Position numbers and translations under genes: made by a program
The notes under the pieces: model-generated
Seen by the model: the letters and a program-made list of their open reading frames with translations, nothing else
Databases searched by the model: none
What the model was told of the DNA's origin: nothing
NCBI GenBank assembly: GCA_963691875.1
Contig: OY829846.1
Coordinates: 2,720,001 to 2,784,000 of the forward strand
Direction: 5' to 3'
DNA from: Aureliella sp.
GTDB taxonomy: Bacteria > Planctomycetota > Planctomycetia > Pirellulales > Pirellulaceae
Length of the DNA: 64,000 nt
Shown here: positions 19,307-29,508 of the stretch, piece after piece
How positions within the stretch are numbered: position 1 is the first letter of the stretch
Layout: every line of letters starts with the position of its first letter

Positions 19307-20299
19307 ATGAAAGAACCGAAAATGTATCTGCTGAAATCTGCCTTGGTCCTAACATTCGTGGTGACTCCTGCGGTCGCTCTTTGTCAAGCTCCGCGAGCCG
19401 GAAACGGAAAAAACGCGAAGAAGGGAGAGCAGTACGATTCCTCCATCCCCGAACCCACCCTGTCGGAGGTCAAATACGGGGAGCATCCCAGGCAAGTCAT
19501 CGATTTCTGGAAGGCCGAGTCTGACGAGAAGACGCCGCTTGTGCTGGTTATACACGGAGGGGGCTGGCAAGGCGGGTCCAAAGAAAGGCTAAACCGCTTT
19601 GTAGACGCAAACGCTTTGCTACAAGCCGGGGTTTCAGTTGCAGCTTTCAACTATCGCTATGTCAAACAAGCTGTCGAGCAAGGAATCGAACCACCTGTAA
19701 AAGCGCCGCTGCACGATGCCGCCAGGGCGCTGCAGTTTGTTAGGAGTAAGGCAGCAGACTGGAATATCGATAAGGATCGTATTGGCGCCGCGGGCGGTTC
19801 CGCCGGTGCATGTTCTAGCCTATGGCTTGCTTTTCACGACGATTTAGCAGATCAAAAGAGCGTTGATCCTGTTGCACGCGAGTCGTCTCGTTTGTCGTGC
19901 GCGTCCGTAATGGGCGCTCAGACCTCTTTGGATCCGCAGCAAATGAAACAGTGGACGCCGAACAGTCGTTACGGCGGCCACGCGTTTGGCTTCGGCAACT
20001 TCGCCAAGTTTCTTCAAGGCCGAGAGTCAATCCTCGCTTGGATCGAGGAATACTCACCCTACGCCCTTGTTAGTGAGGACGATCCAGCGATTTACTTAAC
20101 CTACTCACGACCGCCCGCGATCGGAAAAGAGCAAAAAGACCCCACGCATACTTCGAACTTTGGCGTCAAACTTCAAGAACACTGCAAGGAACTTGGAGTC
20201 GACTGCGAATTGGTCTATCCCGGTGCGGACTACGTGAAGCACAAGACAACGACTGAGTTTCTCATCGCCCAGCTTCTTTCCAAGCTTAGCGAAGATTAG
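19307..20299 (+). CDS. Alpha/beta hydrolase (carboxylesterase, HSL-like) with signal peptide
   Basis: IHGGGW, DAARALQFVR...IDKDRI and GGSAG nucleophile motifs; DPTH. Confidence 0.92.
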   Translation: MKEPKMYLLKSALVLTFVVTPAVALCQAPRAGNGKNAKKGEQYDSSIPEPTLSEVKYGEHPRQVIDFWKAESDEKTPLVLVIHGGGWQGGSKERLNRFVDANALLQAGVSVAAFNYRYVKQAVEQGIEPPVKAPLHDAARALQFVRSKAADWNIDKDRIGAAGGSAGACSSLWLAFHDDLADQKSVDPVARESSRLSCASVMGAQTSLDPQQMKQWTPNSRYGGHAFGFGNFAKFLQGRESILAWIEEYSPYALVSEDDPAIYLTYSRPPAIGKEQKDPTHTSNFGVKLQEHCKELGVDCELVYPGADYVKHKTTTEFLIAQLLSKLSED

Positions 20300-20303
20300 C
20301 ACA

Positions 20304-20624
20304 CTAACGGAAGCGGCCGATTCGTCGCGAAAATAATGGCGTTTTCCTGGACAGCAAAACTCCGTTCGCGCTCCTACTGCGAGCAGGGGCGAAGAGATAG
20401 AGACGATTGGAATTTGTCTTACTCCGCATCGCCTGGAGCTCTCGATCACGACGCGTAGAAAAGGGCTGTGGGCCATTGCTGCGCAAGTACGCTGGCCGAA
20501 ATACCGGGCCGCCCGATTGATAAAGCGGAAAACTCGATTGAGCCGTCGCAACGGAGGTCATCGCCAGCAGCAGGCCAAAACTGACGAGGAAACAGATCCT
20601 ATTTCTACACTTGTGGGGTTTCAT
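20304..20624 (-). CDS. Small basic secreted hypothetical protein
   Basis: GGAG RBS and signal peptide (ICFLVSFGLLLAMTSVATA|Q); fills the gap between convergent/divergent genes. Confidence 0.55.
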   Translation of the reverse strand: MKPHKCRNRICFLVSFGLLLAMTSVATAQSSFPLYQSGGPVFRPAYLRSNGPQPFSTRRDRELQAMRSKTNSNRLYLFAPARSRSANGVLLSRKTPLFSRRIGRFR

Positions 20625-20765
20625 GACTTCTTCTCCAAATGTAACCCAAAAGGTCGCAGCGCGCATGCAATCTGCGTGACGATTTTGACAGCGCAGAAAC
20701 TAAACTGGTGTTTCAGCAAAAGTCTAGATTATTAGAAGTTATTTTCTTCGAAGACGCTAATTCTC

Positions 20766-21938
20766 ATGTGCAAAATGAATCGAAGATGCTTGCTGAGCCG
20801 TGCAGCGGCTGGTCTGAGCATTTTTTCTATACCAAGAATGACGTTAGCTAAGGCTCATCCGGCGCGGGCTATGTCGAGTGGTTATTTTACGCTCGGCAAA
20901 CGCGATGGGCATTGGTGGCTCGTCAATCCTGACGGCAAGCCATTCTTCACGATGGGGCTCAATCACATCGACCCGGCGAGCCTGCGCTATCCTGAGAATA
21001 TCGACATCTGGAGGGAGAAATACGGCGGAAGTACAATTCGATGGATCGAGGAATCGGTCGCGCCCAATCTGAACGAGTGGGGCTTCAACACGGTGGGTTG
21101 GGTCCAGGAAGTAACCGTCAGGAGGGATGGTCTAGGGGCCTGGCAACATTCCCGGGCATTCACAATCGATGAGTACCGGGCACTCAACATGCCGTACTGT
21201 CACTTGCTGCCATTCACGGAGTCGCACCAATGGGAGAAGTTCGTCAAGCACTACGATTTTCGTAGCAACGACTGGAAAGAGTGGTGCGACTACGTGGCGC
21301 GATCGCATTGCGCCGCTTTGAGCGAAGAACAAAATTTGATTGGCTATTTCTATAGTGACTGTCCTACCTGGATTCACCAGCGCACCGCCAACAAGTGGCG
21401 AGGACCAATCTTTGATCCAGAACGCCTCAAGACCGAGGCAGGGCGGAAGGAGCTTCGTGAGCTGGCGCAAAGCTATTACAAAACAACTCACGATGCGATT
21501 CGTCGCTACGACAAACATCATTTGATTCTGGGGGATCGTTACGAAGCCAACGCACCGATTGCTACGGAAGTAATCGAAGCTGCTTTACCGTTCGTCGATG
21601 TGTTGTCCTTTCAGGATTTCCGAGACCCTGTACGACACTTGGCCGAGTGGCACAAAAAGACAGGCAAGCCAGTGCTCTTGGCCGATGCCGCAGGAGTTGA
21701 TTGGCGAAGCCAGGAGTTCTTCAAGCCCAACAATGGAGCTTGGTATGCCGAGACGCTGTTGGACTTACATAAGAATCCAGGTTGCATTGGCTTCCACCTT
21801 TGCGGCGCTTATCAACGCAACAAGGCTCGGCGTCGTGGTCTTCTGGACGAGATGGAAAACCCAGACGGCGAGCATGTTGACCTGATCAAGAGGGCGAACC
21901 TCGAGATTAGCAAGAAGATGGAAAGCGTTGCTCGGTGA
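20766..21938 (+). CDS. Tat-exported glycoside hydrolase, agarase (GH50)-like
   Basis: NRR Tat signal; WWLVNPDGKPFF, WGFNTVGW, LIGYF and IRRYDKHHLILGDRY motifs seen in agarase-like TIM-barrel hydrolases. Substrate cannot be established. Confidence 0.75.
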   Translation: MCKMNRRCLLSRAAAGLSIFSIPRMTLAKAHPARAMSSGYFTLGKRDGHWWLVNPDGKPFFTMGLNHIDPASLRYPENIDIWREKYGGSTIRWIEESVAPNLNEWGFNTVGWVQEVTVRRDGLGAWQHSRAFTIDEYRALNMPYCHLLPFTESHQWEKFVKHYDFRSNDWKEWCDYVARSHCAALSEEQNLIGYFYSDCPTWIHQRTANKWRGPIFDPERLKTEAGRKELRELAQSYYKTTHDAIRRYDKHHLILGDRYEANAPIATEVIEAALPFVDVLSFQDFRDPVRHLAEWHKKTGKPVLLADAAGVDWRSQEFFKPNNGAWYAETLLDLHKNPGCIGFHLCGAYQRNKARRRGLLDEMENPDGEHVDLIKRANLEISKKMESVAR

Positions 21939-22257
21939 TACGCTGATGGCATCCAGTGATGTAGTCCTAGCCAGAATTCAGGAAATAAAAACTTAGGAAG
22001 CTGAACGGGACCAGTCTAGGCTGCGGTCAAATGACCGTTCTGATGCGAGATTCTGCTGAAGCGAAGCACTTTGCCAAAACGATTTGCCCAGAAGACACAA
22101 ACGCAGTCTCCTTCGAGTGGCCGCGGGTAGATAGCAGAATTCAAATCATGGACAGAGATTTGCGCATCGCGGTGGAGCAACCACAAGTTGCGTCTGCAGC
22201 ACACTGGCAGTACGGCCAGTGTGCTTGCGTCTATTGGGGAGCAACTTCCCGCGAAAG

Positions 22258-24000
22258 TTACTTCTTCGCCGCTGAGAAGCCCATCAAGGCAACAAGTGCG
22301 AAGGCGATGATACCGCCGAGGATCAAACTACCTTCGTTCAGTGCGATCAGATTCCCTGACGCGTCAAACAACTTGGTGTAGAGCGAGGAGCCAGCCTGCG
22401 CCAGAGCAGCAATGACCCCAAAGACCATCAGACAATTCCAGATCACACGACTTCCTCCACGAGGAAGATCCTCTTTCAGAAGCCTCTCGTTGTTCATCAA
22501 AGCGAAGAAGGAAACGTAAGCGATCGGAAGCAAGATGGCTCCGAAAGTCGAGGCCATGATAACGAGCCAAGTCTTCGAATCCGACTCCCAGATCAGTGGC
22601 CAAAGAAAGCCGACAATCCCAGCGAGCACGGCACCAATCATTTTGACAACGATGCTGCTTGGCTTGTTGAATAGTTCGCCGAAGGCGTAGCCGTTGATCA
22701 TCATCAAAATGATAATCGTGGAAAAGCCCATACCGAGGACACCAATGCCGAAGACGCGATTCGCCCACTCCTCACCAAGCAAAGGTTTTAATGACAGTGC
22801 AAGTTGCTCCGCGTTTGGCTTCACTAGCGTTACAGATAGCTTTCGCTCTTCCTGCGACAGTTTCGATGTGTAGTCGGCAATAGCAGCTGTCATCGCGGCG
22901 TTCTTCTCTTTGCCATCAGCCATTGCATCAATTTCGGCTAGCGGGTTGTTCTTCTCCAACCTCATGCGGCCGGCCAAATTCTTGGACGCGCCTTGAAAGA
23001 ACTTACTTTGCTGAACCACGGCTGGATCATCGCTGAGGAAACTTTTATCGGCCTTGCCGTGGAAGCTGTAGGCGGATGCAATGATGATGCAGCCAGTGAC
23101 AAGCACAAAGGGGATGGCCATCCCGGTGATCAAGTCAAAGCGTGCAAGACCTCGAAACGGCTTGTCCCAGCCTCGATTTAGCATTGAATAGGGCAGCAGG
23201 AAGGTCATATTGATACCGACGACCGTAGCTGTAGTGCTAATCATGACTGCCCGCTGGCTCTTGATCAGTTCGCTCGTCCAATAAGACTGAACGCCCTCCG
23301 GTGCCGCCGCGATGAGACTGCTAATGGTTGCGGTGGGATTCCACCACTGAGAGAAATCAGGGATTAGGCCAGGCAGGATTTGCCCAGTCCAATCCAGCTC
23401 GCTTTGCATCGTCAGTTTGACGACGACCGCAACAAAACAGACAACGACCATCCCGACGAGCAGCTTGAGCAGAAAGTCGAAGATGCGGCCAGCGATTCCA
23501 CCAAGCAGGCTCAGCCAAACAAGGATCGCGGCAGGGATGAGCAGAACTGCCGACACGCCCAGCTTGTAGCTATCGGTGTCCTGCAACTCGCCAGGAAATA
23601 AGTTCTTGTCAATCACATCGTAGCACAAGCTAAACTGAGGCATGCACCAGATAATATTGGCTAGAATTGTGGCCGTGATCCAGCCCACGCCAAGCACAGG
23701 ATTCACGTACTCGTTAATTGCCTCGTAAGGTCGCTTGCCCGAAGAGAGAACCACATAGCTGATCGCGGAAAGCATGATCACGCCGACAATGATGGCTACT
23801 AAGTTAAGCCACAGCATAGCGGTGCCACCGAGGCAACCGAGGTAAAGAGCACTTGCTAGCGAGCCGCCGCCAAGTGTAATGGCACTTTGCAACCAGCCTG
23901 GTCCGGAGAGCCGCAAAAAAGCTAGCGGGACGAAAAGTCCGCCTTTTTCTTGTGCCGCAACGAGAATTTGGCGATCAGCAGATACTTTCGATCCAGCCAT
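22258..24000 (-). CDS. Nramp-like divalent metal cation transporter
   Basis: GPGWLQSAITLGGGS, multiple TM helices, VGINMTFLLPYS and LMNN motifs. Confidence 0.8.
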   Translation of the reverse strand: MAGSKVSADRQILVAAQEKGGLFVPLAFLRLSGPGWLQSAITLGGGSLASALYLGCLGGTAMLWLNLVAIIVGVIMLSAISYVVLSSGKRPYEAINEYVNPVLGVGWITATILANIIWCMPQFSLCYDVIDKNLFPGELQDTDSYKLGVSAVLLIPAAILVWLSLLGGIAGRIFDFLLKLLVGMVVVCFVAVVVKLTMQSELDWTGQILPGLIPDFSQWWNPTATISSLIAAAPEGVQSYWTSELIKSQRAVMISTTATVVGINMTFLLPYSMLNRGWDKPFRGLARFDLITGMAIPFVLVTGCIIIASAYSFHGKADKSFLSDDPAVVQQSKFFQGASKNLAGRMRLEKNNPLAEIDAMADGKEKNAAMTAAIADYTSKLSQEERKLSVTLVKPNAEQLALSLKPLLGEEWANRVFGIGVLGMGFSTIIILMMINGYAFGELFNKPSSIVVKMIGAVLAGIVGFLWPLIWESDSKTWLVIMASTFGAILLPIAYVSFFALMNNERLLKEDLPRGGSRVIWNCLMVFGVIAALAQAGSSLYTKLFDASGNLIALNEGSLILGGIIAFALVALMGFSAAKK

Positions 24001-24302
24001 GGGTCGGACTCGCAGGATAGAGGTGTGGGGTCAATTGGGGATCTACCAGAGTACATTGAATGGCGGGCAATCGCGAGCACCAAGAAAGAAATGACAGGAA
24101 GCAGCCACTGCTGCGCGAACCTGTAGGCTGGAGCCAGAATCTCATGAGCACAACTTGCCAAGCGAATGACGAGAGGATTTCACCACCATTTGCAGCGTTG
24201 CGAGAAGCCCCCTGAGTACCATTGTGCCCAACAAAGCATTTGACGGATGTCGACTGCCGACTGTACTTTCTACTCTCCGCCCGGCATCTGTAGGAATTTT
24301 TC

Positions 24303-24719
24303 ATGTCTGATATCTATGTAAACGATCGCCTCTCCATTGGAGAGGAGGAGCTGGAGTGGAGCTACGCGCGAAGCAGTGGTCCTGGCGGGCAGAACGTGAA
24401 TAAGGTGAATAGCAAGGCAACGCTACGATGGAAGCCACCGACTGGGCGTATTCCGCGAGCCGTATGGCAAAGATTTCGCGGCCTAGCTAAGCGATACGTT
24501 ACAAGTCAGGACGAAGTCGTTATCCAGGCCCAAGAGCATCGTGATCGTGCCCAAAACATGGAGGCATGCCGCTCTCGATTGAAGGTCTTGCTAAGGCAGG
24601 CCTATGTGGTCCCAAAGCGACGAATCAAAACCAAGCCAAGCCAGGCTTCCCGTCGTCGACGGCTTGATGAAAAAAAACGCAACTCTGAGAAGAAGCAGTC
24701 GCGCCGCCAAGACTGGTAG
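24303..24719 (+). CDS. arfB: Alternative ribosome rescue peptidyl-tRNA hydrolase ArfB
   Basis: RSSGPGGQNVNKV motif and basic C-terminal tail TKPSQASRRRRLDEKK. Confidence 0.95.
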   Translation: MSDIYVNDRLSIGEEELEWSYARSSGPGGQNVNKVNSKATLRWKPPTGRIPRAVWQRFRGLAKRYVTSQDEVVIQAQEHRDRAQNMEACRSRLKVLLRQAYVVPKRRIKTKPSQASRRRRLDEKKRNSEKKQSRRQDW

Positions 24720-24752
24720 CTGCGCGGTGAACTCACTGTACAAACCGCCAAG

Positions 24753-25621
24753 ATGCACAAGGTAAACCATACGGTTATCCTTGATTCACCAGGTGACACG
24801 AAGAGCTACACTAAAACTGGCTCGTATCTCATCTACGCCCTTGCATTTGTCATCATGGCCGTTTCTTGTCTTTGATCTTGGTACATCAGTAAGTTCATCG
24901 AGAAGCAGATTCGTTCCAAGGCAGAATACTTCCAAGGTCCATCGCACACCAAACTGCACAGCATTGACAACCAAGTGCGAAGCAGCGCGAAAGCCAACTC
25001 GGAACGGGCGGAACGAATTGCCCAAGCGGCTAGCAAGATGGGAGAGAACACTCAGTTCTTGTCGGAAGCAGTGACGCGGTGCGAGGTCAGTACACGGCAA
25101 ATCTCCGATCACGCTGCGGGTGCTTCCAGTGTCGCCAACGAAGCTGTGGACGCTACCGAGCGAACCAATCGCACCATCAGTGCTTGAGTGAAAGCGGTGG
25201 GAAGATTGGCGAAGCCATCCAAGTGACCGGCTCGATCGCCGAGCAAACATACTTGCCGGCACTAAATGCAACGATCGAAGCTTCTCGAGCAGGCGAGGCC
25301 AGCAAGGGATTTGCGGTCGTTGCAAACCAAGTCAAAGACCTGGCCACCGAGACCAGCAAAGCGACCGAAAATATTGCTCAACGCAGCGCTACTCAGATCG
25401 ATACGACTGAGGCGGCTGAGGCTATTGGGCAGGTAAGCCAGATCATGGGGCAGATTCACGAGGATCAGAACGCTATCGCTGAGGCATTCGGGGAGCAAAC
25501 AGCGATGACGAGCGAAATTGCTCAGAACATCACCGAAATCACCGACGGCAGCAAGCAAATTTCTAAGAACATCGAGAGTGTCTCGGCTGCTTGTGCTCAT
25601 GCAAACGAGAATTCACCCTGA
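24753..25621 (+). pseudogene. Decayed methyl-accepting chemotaxis protein
   Basis: TM-like segment with an in-frame TGA (24873), a frameshift near 25184, and an eroded signalling hairpin [34 protein letters not shown] (consensus QTNLLALNA...AARAGEAGKGFAVVA.EV). Confidence 0.85.
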
Positions 25622-25636
25622 AACGAATTCGCCAGC

Positions 25637-25669
25637 CCCCTGGAAGTCCCCGCGACTTGCAGGGGTTTT
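25637..25669 (+). terminator. Probable Rho-independent terminator
   Basis: CCCCTG-GAAGTC-CCCGC-GACTTG-CAGGGG-TTTT just after the MCP remnant. Confidence 0.6.
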
Positions 25670-26033
25670 GTTTGCGCGTGGCAAGATCGGTGGGTTTGAG
25701 CCTGATAGACGGGCTTCCAGCCGGGAAAATCGTTGACAACCCTCGGCTGCTGCAGTCAAGATGATGTAAAATCCTCATCTTATTCCACGAGCTCAGGCCG
25801 ACGGTCCCCAGACCTCCTCGGGAAGGCTTATGTGCCTCCCTCTCGGCGGTCGCGCCGACCTTGGCCATCGTGGTGATTTGCCTGGGATTTTAAGGTTTCG
25901 TCAACCGATGTCCCCAATGGCAGCTTGTCTTATCCGATCGTTCGATCGATTGCATGTGACAATTTGGTCAGACTGAAAAATATTCCGCCAATGATTCATT
26001 GGCGCTGCTGAAGAAGCAACACAAGAGGGTGTC

Positions 26034-27803
26034 ATGGATCAACCAATGCGCGACTTCACCGACTTGCTACTCCGCAACGGTGTCGTAAGTCTGGATCAGA
26101 TTGGCGAGGCGACCAACGCAGCGAGAGATGGTGATATCTCCGTTTCAGACGCTCTGATTCAAATGGGCTATGCAGACCCCAACAAGGTCTACGAAGCGTT
26201 GGCTGAGTTCCACAAGCTGGAATTTGTGGATTTGGCCGCGATTCGAATTGATGACGAAGTCATCCAGTTGGTGCCCGAGTCCGTCGCTCGGGAAAACAGT
26301 ATTATCCCTTTCAAGGACGAGAACGAAGTCCTCAACGTGCTGGTCAGTGACCCGTTTGATCTCGAAACCATCGAGAAGCTCCGCTTTATCTTGAATCGCC
26401 GAGTCGAAACGGCACTCGCTCCCCGGGAATCGATTCAGGAATCGATCAACCGGTACTATGGGCAGGTTGAAGGTGAATCCGCTGACTCGATTCTGCAGGA
26501 ATTCACCGACACGCAAATCGACTTTACTGAAACCACCGAAGACAGTGCCGGAGGCGAAGACGAGTTTGCGAATGAGGCCAGCGCTCCAATCGTTCGTTTG
26601 GTAGGCCTGATGATTCAAGAGGCCGTCCAGCTCCGCGCCTCGGATATTCACGTAGAGCCTTTCGAGGATCGCGTACGGATTCGCTACCGGATCGACGGCA
26701 TTCTGGTCGAGCGAGATAGCCCGCCGCGGAGGCTGCTCGGGGCGGTCCTATCGCGTATCAAGATTCTGGCAGATATGGACATCGCCGAACGACGTCGTCC
26801 TCAGGATGGACGAATCAAAATCACGGTCGGCGAAAAAGAGCTCGATCTGCGAGTCAGTATCATTCCTACCAACCACGGCCAATCGGCGGTCATGCGAGTG
26901 TTGGATAAGGACAATATCAAAGTCGGCATCCGACAGCTCGGTTTGGGCGAACGCGACTTCAAGGTCTTCAACCAGACCATCAAACGTCCGAACGGAATCA
27001 TGCTGGTGACCGGCCCGACTGGCTCTGGTAAGACCACGACCCTGTACGCGGCTCTAAATGCGATGAACCGCCCAGACCGGAAAATCATTACAGCTGAAGA
27101 TCCCGTCGAATACTATCTGCCAGGAATCAATCAGGTGGAAGTCAAGCACCAGATTGGACTCGACTTCGCTCGGATCATCCGCTCTATGTTGCGTCAGGCA
27201 CCAAACATTATCCTCGTCGGAGAGATGCGAGACACCGAGACTGCATCAATGGGTATCCAGGCCAGTTTGACTGGACACTTAGTCTTTAGTACACTACACA
27301 CGAACGATGCGCCCAGTGCTGTTACACGCATGGTGGACATGGGAGTGCCTGGGTATCTGGTAGCAAGTTCCGTGGTTGCGGTGCTTGGGCAGCGTCTGGT
27401 GAGGACGATTTGCAAGCGATGCAAGACGCAAGTGAAGCTCACCGAGGCGGTTCTGGAAGATGCAGGCATTCCGCAGGAGATTGCCGATAAGGCAACCTTC
27501 GCTAAAGGCAAAGGCTGTGGCTACTGCCAGAAGACTGGCTATCGCGGCCGGATGGGAATTTACGAACTTATGGTGGTTTCCAGCAAGGTTCGTGAGCTGA
27601 TGTTCGCTGGCAAATCCACGATTGCGATTCAGAAGCAAGCCATTCAGGAGGGCATGACAACGCTCTACTGCGATGGGATGCGGAAGGCGATGAAGGGCCT
27701 GACGACTATCGAAGAGGTATACCGAGTTGCCAAACGCACCGAGCAGGAGACGCAGGCCCTGAAGATCGTCTTCGATGAAATCGAAGAGGGCTTAAAGGCT
27801 TAA
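26034..27803 (+). CDS. pilB: GspE/PilB family assembly ATPase (copy 1)
   Basis: ASDIHVEP, PQDGR, Walker A GPTGSGKTTT, EDPVEY, LRQAPNIILVGEMRD, TGHLVFSTLHTN and a Zn tetracysteine (CKRC...CGYC). Confidence 0.92.
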   Translation: MDQPMRDFTDLLLRNGVVSLDQIGEATNAARDGDISVSDALIQMGYADPNKVYEALAEFHKLEFVDLAAIRIDDEVIQLVPESVARENSIIPFKDENEVLNVLVSDPFDLETIEKLRFILNRRVETALAPRESIQESINRYYGQVEGESADSILQEFTDTQIDFTETTEDSAGGEDEFANEASAPIVRLVGLMIQEAVQLRASDIHVEPFEDRVRIRYRIDGILVERDSPPRRLLGAVLSRIKILADMDIAERRRPQDGRIKITVGEKELDLRVSIIPTNHGQSAVMRVLDKDNIKVGIRQLGLGERDFKVFNQTIKRPNGIMLVTGPTGSGKTTTLYAALNAMNRPDRKIITAEDPVEYYLPGINQVEVKHQIGLDFARIIRSMLRQAPNIILVGEMRDTETASMGIQASLTGHLVFSTLHTNDAPSAVTRMVDMGVPGYLVASSVVAVLGQRLVRTICKRCKTQVKLTEAVLEDAGIPQEIADKATFAKGKGCGYCQKTGYRGRMGIYELMVVSSKVRELMFAGKSTIAIQKQAIQEGMTTLYCDGMRKAMKGLTTIEEVYRVAKRTEQETQALKIVFDEIEEGLKA

Positions 27804-28159
27804 CGTTCCTCCAGAATAGGGGGCTCGGAACCTTCCGTTAACGCCCTCCGTTAGACCGATTGAAAGCAGCAACCCTATCATTAGTAATGCAAAGGAGCTT
27901 TTCTTTTCGCTCTGCTTGCACTTGGTACCAATAAAACTTGAAGCGACTGATTTCCCACCGAGCATCTTTCGCGTTTAATCCATAGTCGACTTATCTCCCC
28001 ACTCACTTTTCGTCACCCATTTACTTTCCTTAATCGCACTATTTTTAGCTTCTGCCTGCTCTAAGCGTGACTGAGTTTGCTGGTTCTCCAGCGAGCTGTC
28101 CGAACATGTCGCTAAGGGTATTCAAGGCAGCGGTACTCGTACGGGACCTGGATTGGTTC

Positions 28160-29275
28160 ATGTCGGAACATGTATTAATTGATAAATTGCTGTCGGCTTG
28201 CGTGAAGCAAGGCGCCAGTGATGTACACATTGTCGTGGGGCAGCCACCAGTATTTCGCTTGCATGGTCGCATGCGAAAGCTGGAAACCAAGGTTTTGGAG
28301 GCTGATGACACGGTCGCGTTGATGAAGAGTATCGCTCCGGAGCGTTGTCAGCGCGAACTGCAGGAGTCGGGAAGCTCTGATTTCGGTTTCGCCTTTGGGG
28401 ACGAAGCCCGTTTTCGTGTTTCGATCTTCAAGCAGCGTGGCTTCATTTCGATGGTGCTGCGTCAGATTCCCAATGACAAGCTAACGCCTGAGCAGTTAGG
28501 TTTGGCTCAGTCAGTTGTTGACATGGTTCAGCGTCCTCGAGGTCTGGTGCTTGTGACCGGGCCGACCGGCTCTGGTAAAAGTACGACCCTGGCTAGCCTG
28601 ATTAACTTCCTGAACGAAACCCACGATCACCATATCATCACGATCGAAGATCCGATCGAGTTTTATCACGATCACAAGCGTTCGACGATCAATCAACGTG
28701 AAGTCGGAGTGGATGTGCCGAGCTTTGCCGAGGCGATTCGGCGAGCGTTGCGGCAAGACCCCGACATCATCCTGGTTGGTGAGTTGCGCGACTTGGAGAC
28801 GATCGGTGCGGCGATTTCTGCTGCGGAAACCGGTCACATCGTCTTCGGTACGTTGCACACCAACAGTGCCCAAGGAACAGTAAACCGTATCATCGACGCG
28901 TTCCCGGGGAACTTGCAGGACCAAATTCGAACACAGCTCAGTACGGCATTGATCGGTGTTGTTGCTCAAACGCTCTTGCCGAGGATTGGCGGCGGGCGAG
29001 TTGCTGCCTACGAGGTGCTTTGTGTCACGCCAGGTATTGCCAACCTGATTCGTGAAAATAAGACGTTCCGTATCAACTCTGCGATTCAAACCGGTGCCAA
29101 GTTCGGGATGAATCTGATGGACGATGCATTATTTGACCTTTGGCAAAATGGTATTTGCACTGTCGAAGATTGCCTGGGTAAGAGTCACCGGCCGGATGAT
29201 TTGGCAAAGAGAATTGTGAATGCTCGACGCGGAATTGCTGATGAGGAAGACGATGATGACGACGGAGATTTTTAG
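28160..29275 (+). CDS. pilT: Type IV pilus retraction ATPase PilT
   Basis: ASDVHI, GPTGSGKSTT, EDPIEF, QREVG, ALRQDPD, AETGH, LHTNSA and an AIRNLIRE-like GIANLIRE motif. Confidence 0.95.
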   Translation: MSEHVLIDKLLSACVKQGASDVHIVVGQPPVFRLHGRMRKLETKVLEADDTVALMKSIAPERCQRELQESGSSDFGFAFGDEARFRVSIFKQRGFISMVLRQIPNDKLTPEQLGLAQSVVDMVQRPRGLVLVTGPTGSGKSTTLASLINFLNETHDHHIITIEDPIEFYHDHKRSTINQREVGVDVPSFAEAIRRALRQDPDIILVGELRDLETIGAAISAAETGHIVFGTLHTNSAQGTVNRIIDAFPGNLQDQIRTQLSTALIGVVAQTLLPRIGGGRVAAYEVLCVTPGIANLIRENKTFRINSAIQTGAKFGMNLMDDALFDLWQNGICTVEDCLGKSHRPDDLAKRIVNARRGIADEEDDDDDGDF

Positions 29276-29508
29276 GCATTGATTGCTGGCCTCTCGGGAG
29301 GCAGCATCGGGGAGTGGTGTCGCAGAGCCGTGTTGGGCTCAACGACGTTGTCGTGGTGGTGAGAACGCAGTGTGAGGAAAGCCAGGAGTGCTTTCCTCGG
29401 GCTGTGACAATTAGAAAGAATGTGGACAAGTTGAGGAACTTGAAAGCACTATCGAGGCGGTCGCTTAGCTAGGAAGCATAGAGGGCTACCGCTCTAAAAG
29501 GTTGAATC

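Noticed and set aside
24001..24300. Mn-sensing (yybP-ykoY) riboswitch upstream of the Nramp-like gene
   Set aside because: Consensus elements could not be identified by eye; an Infernal search would be needed.
24873..24875. In-frame TGA in the MCP remnant as a second selenocysteine
   Set aside because: It lies in a TM-like segment with no redox motif or clear SECIS, and the gene has additional lesions.
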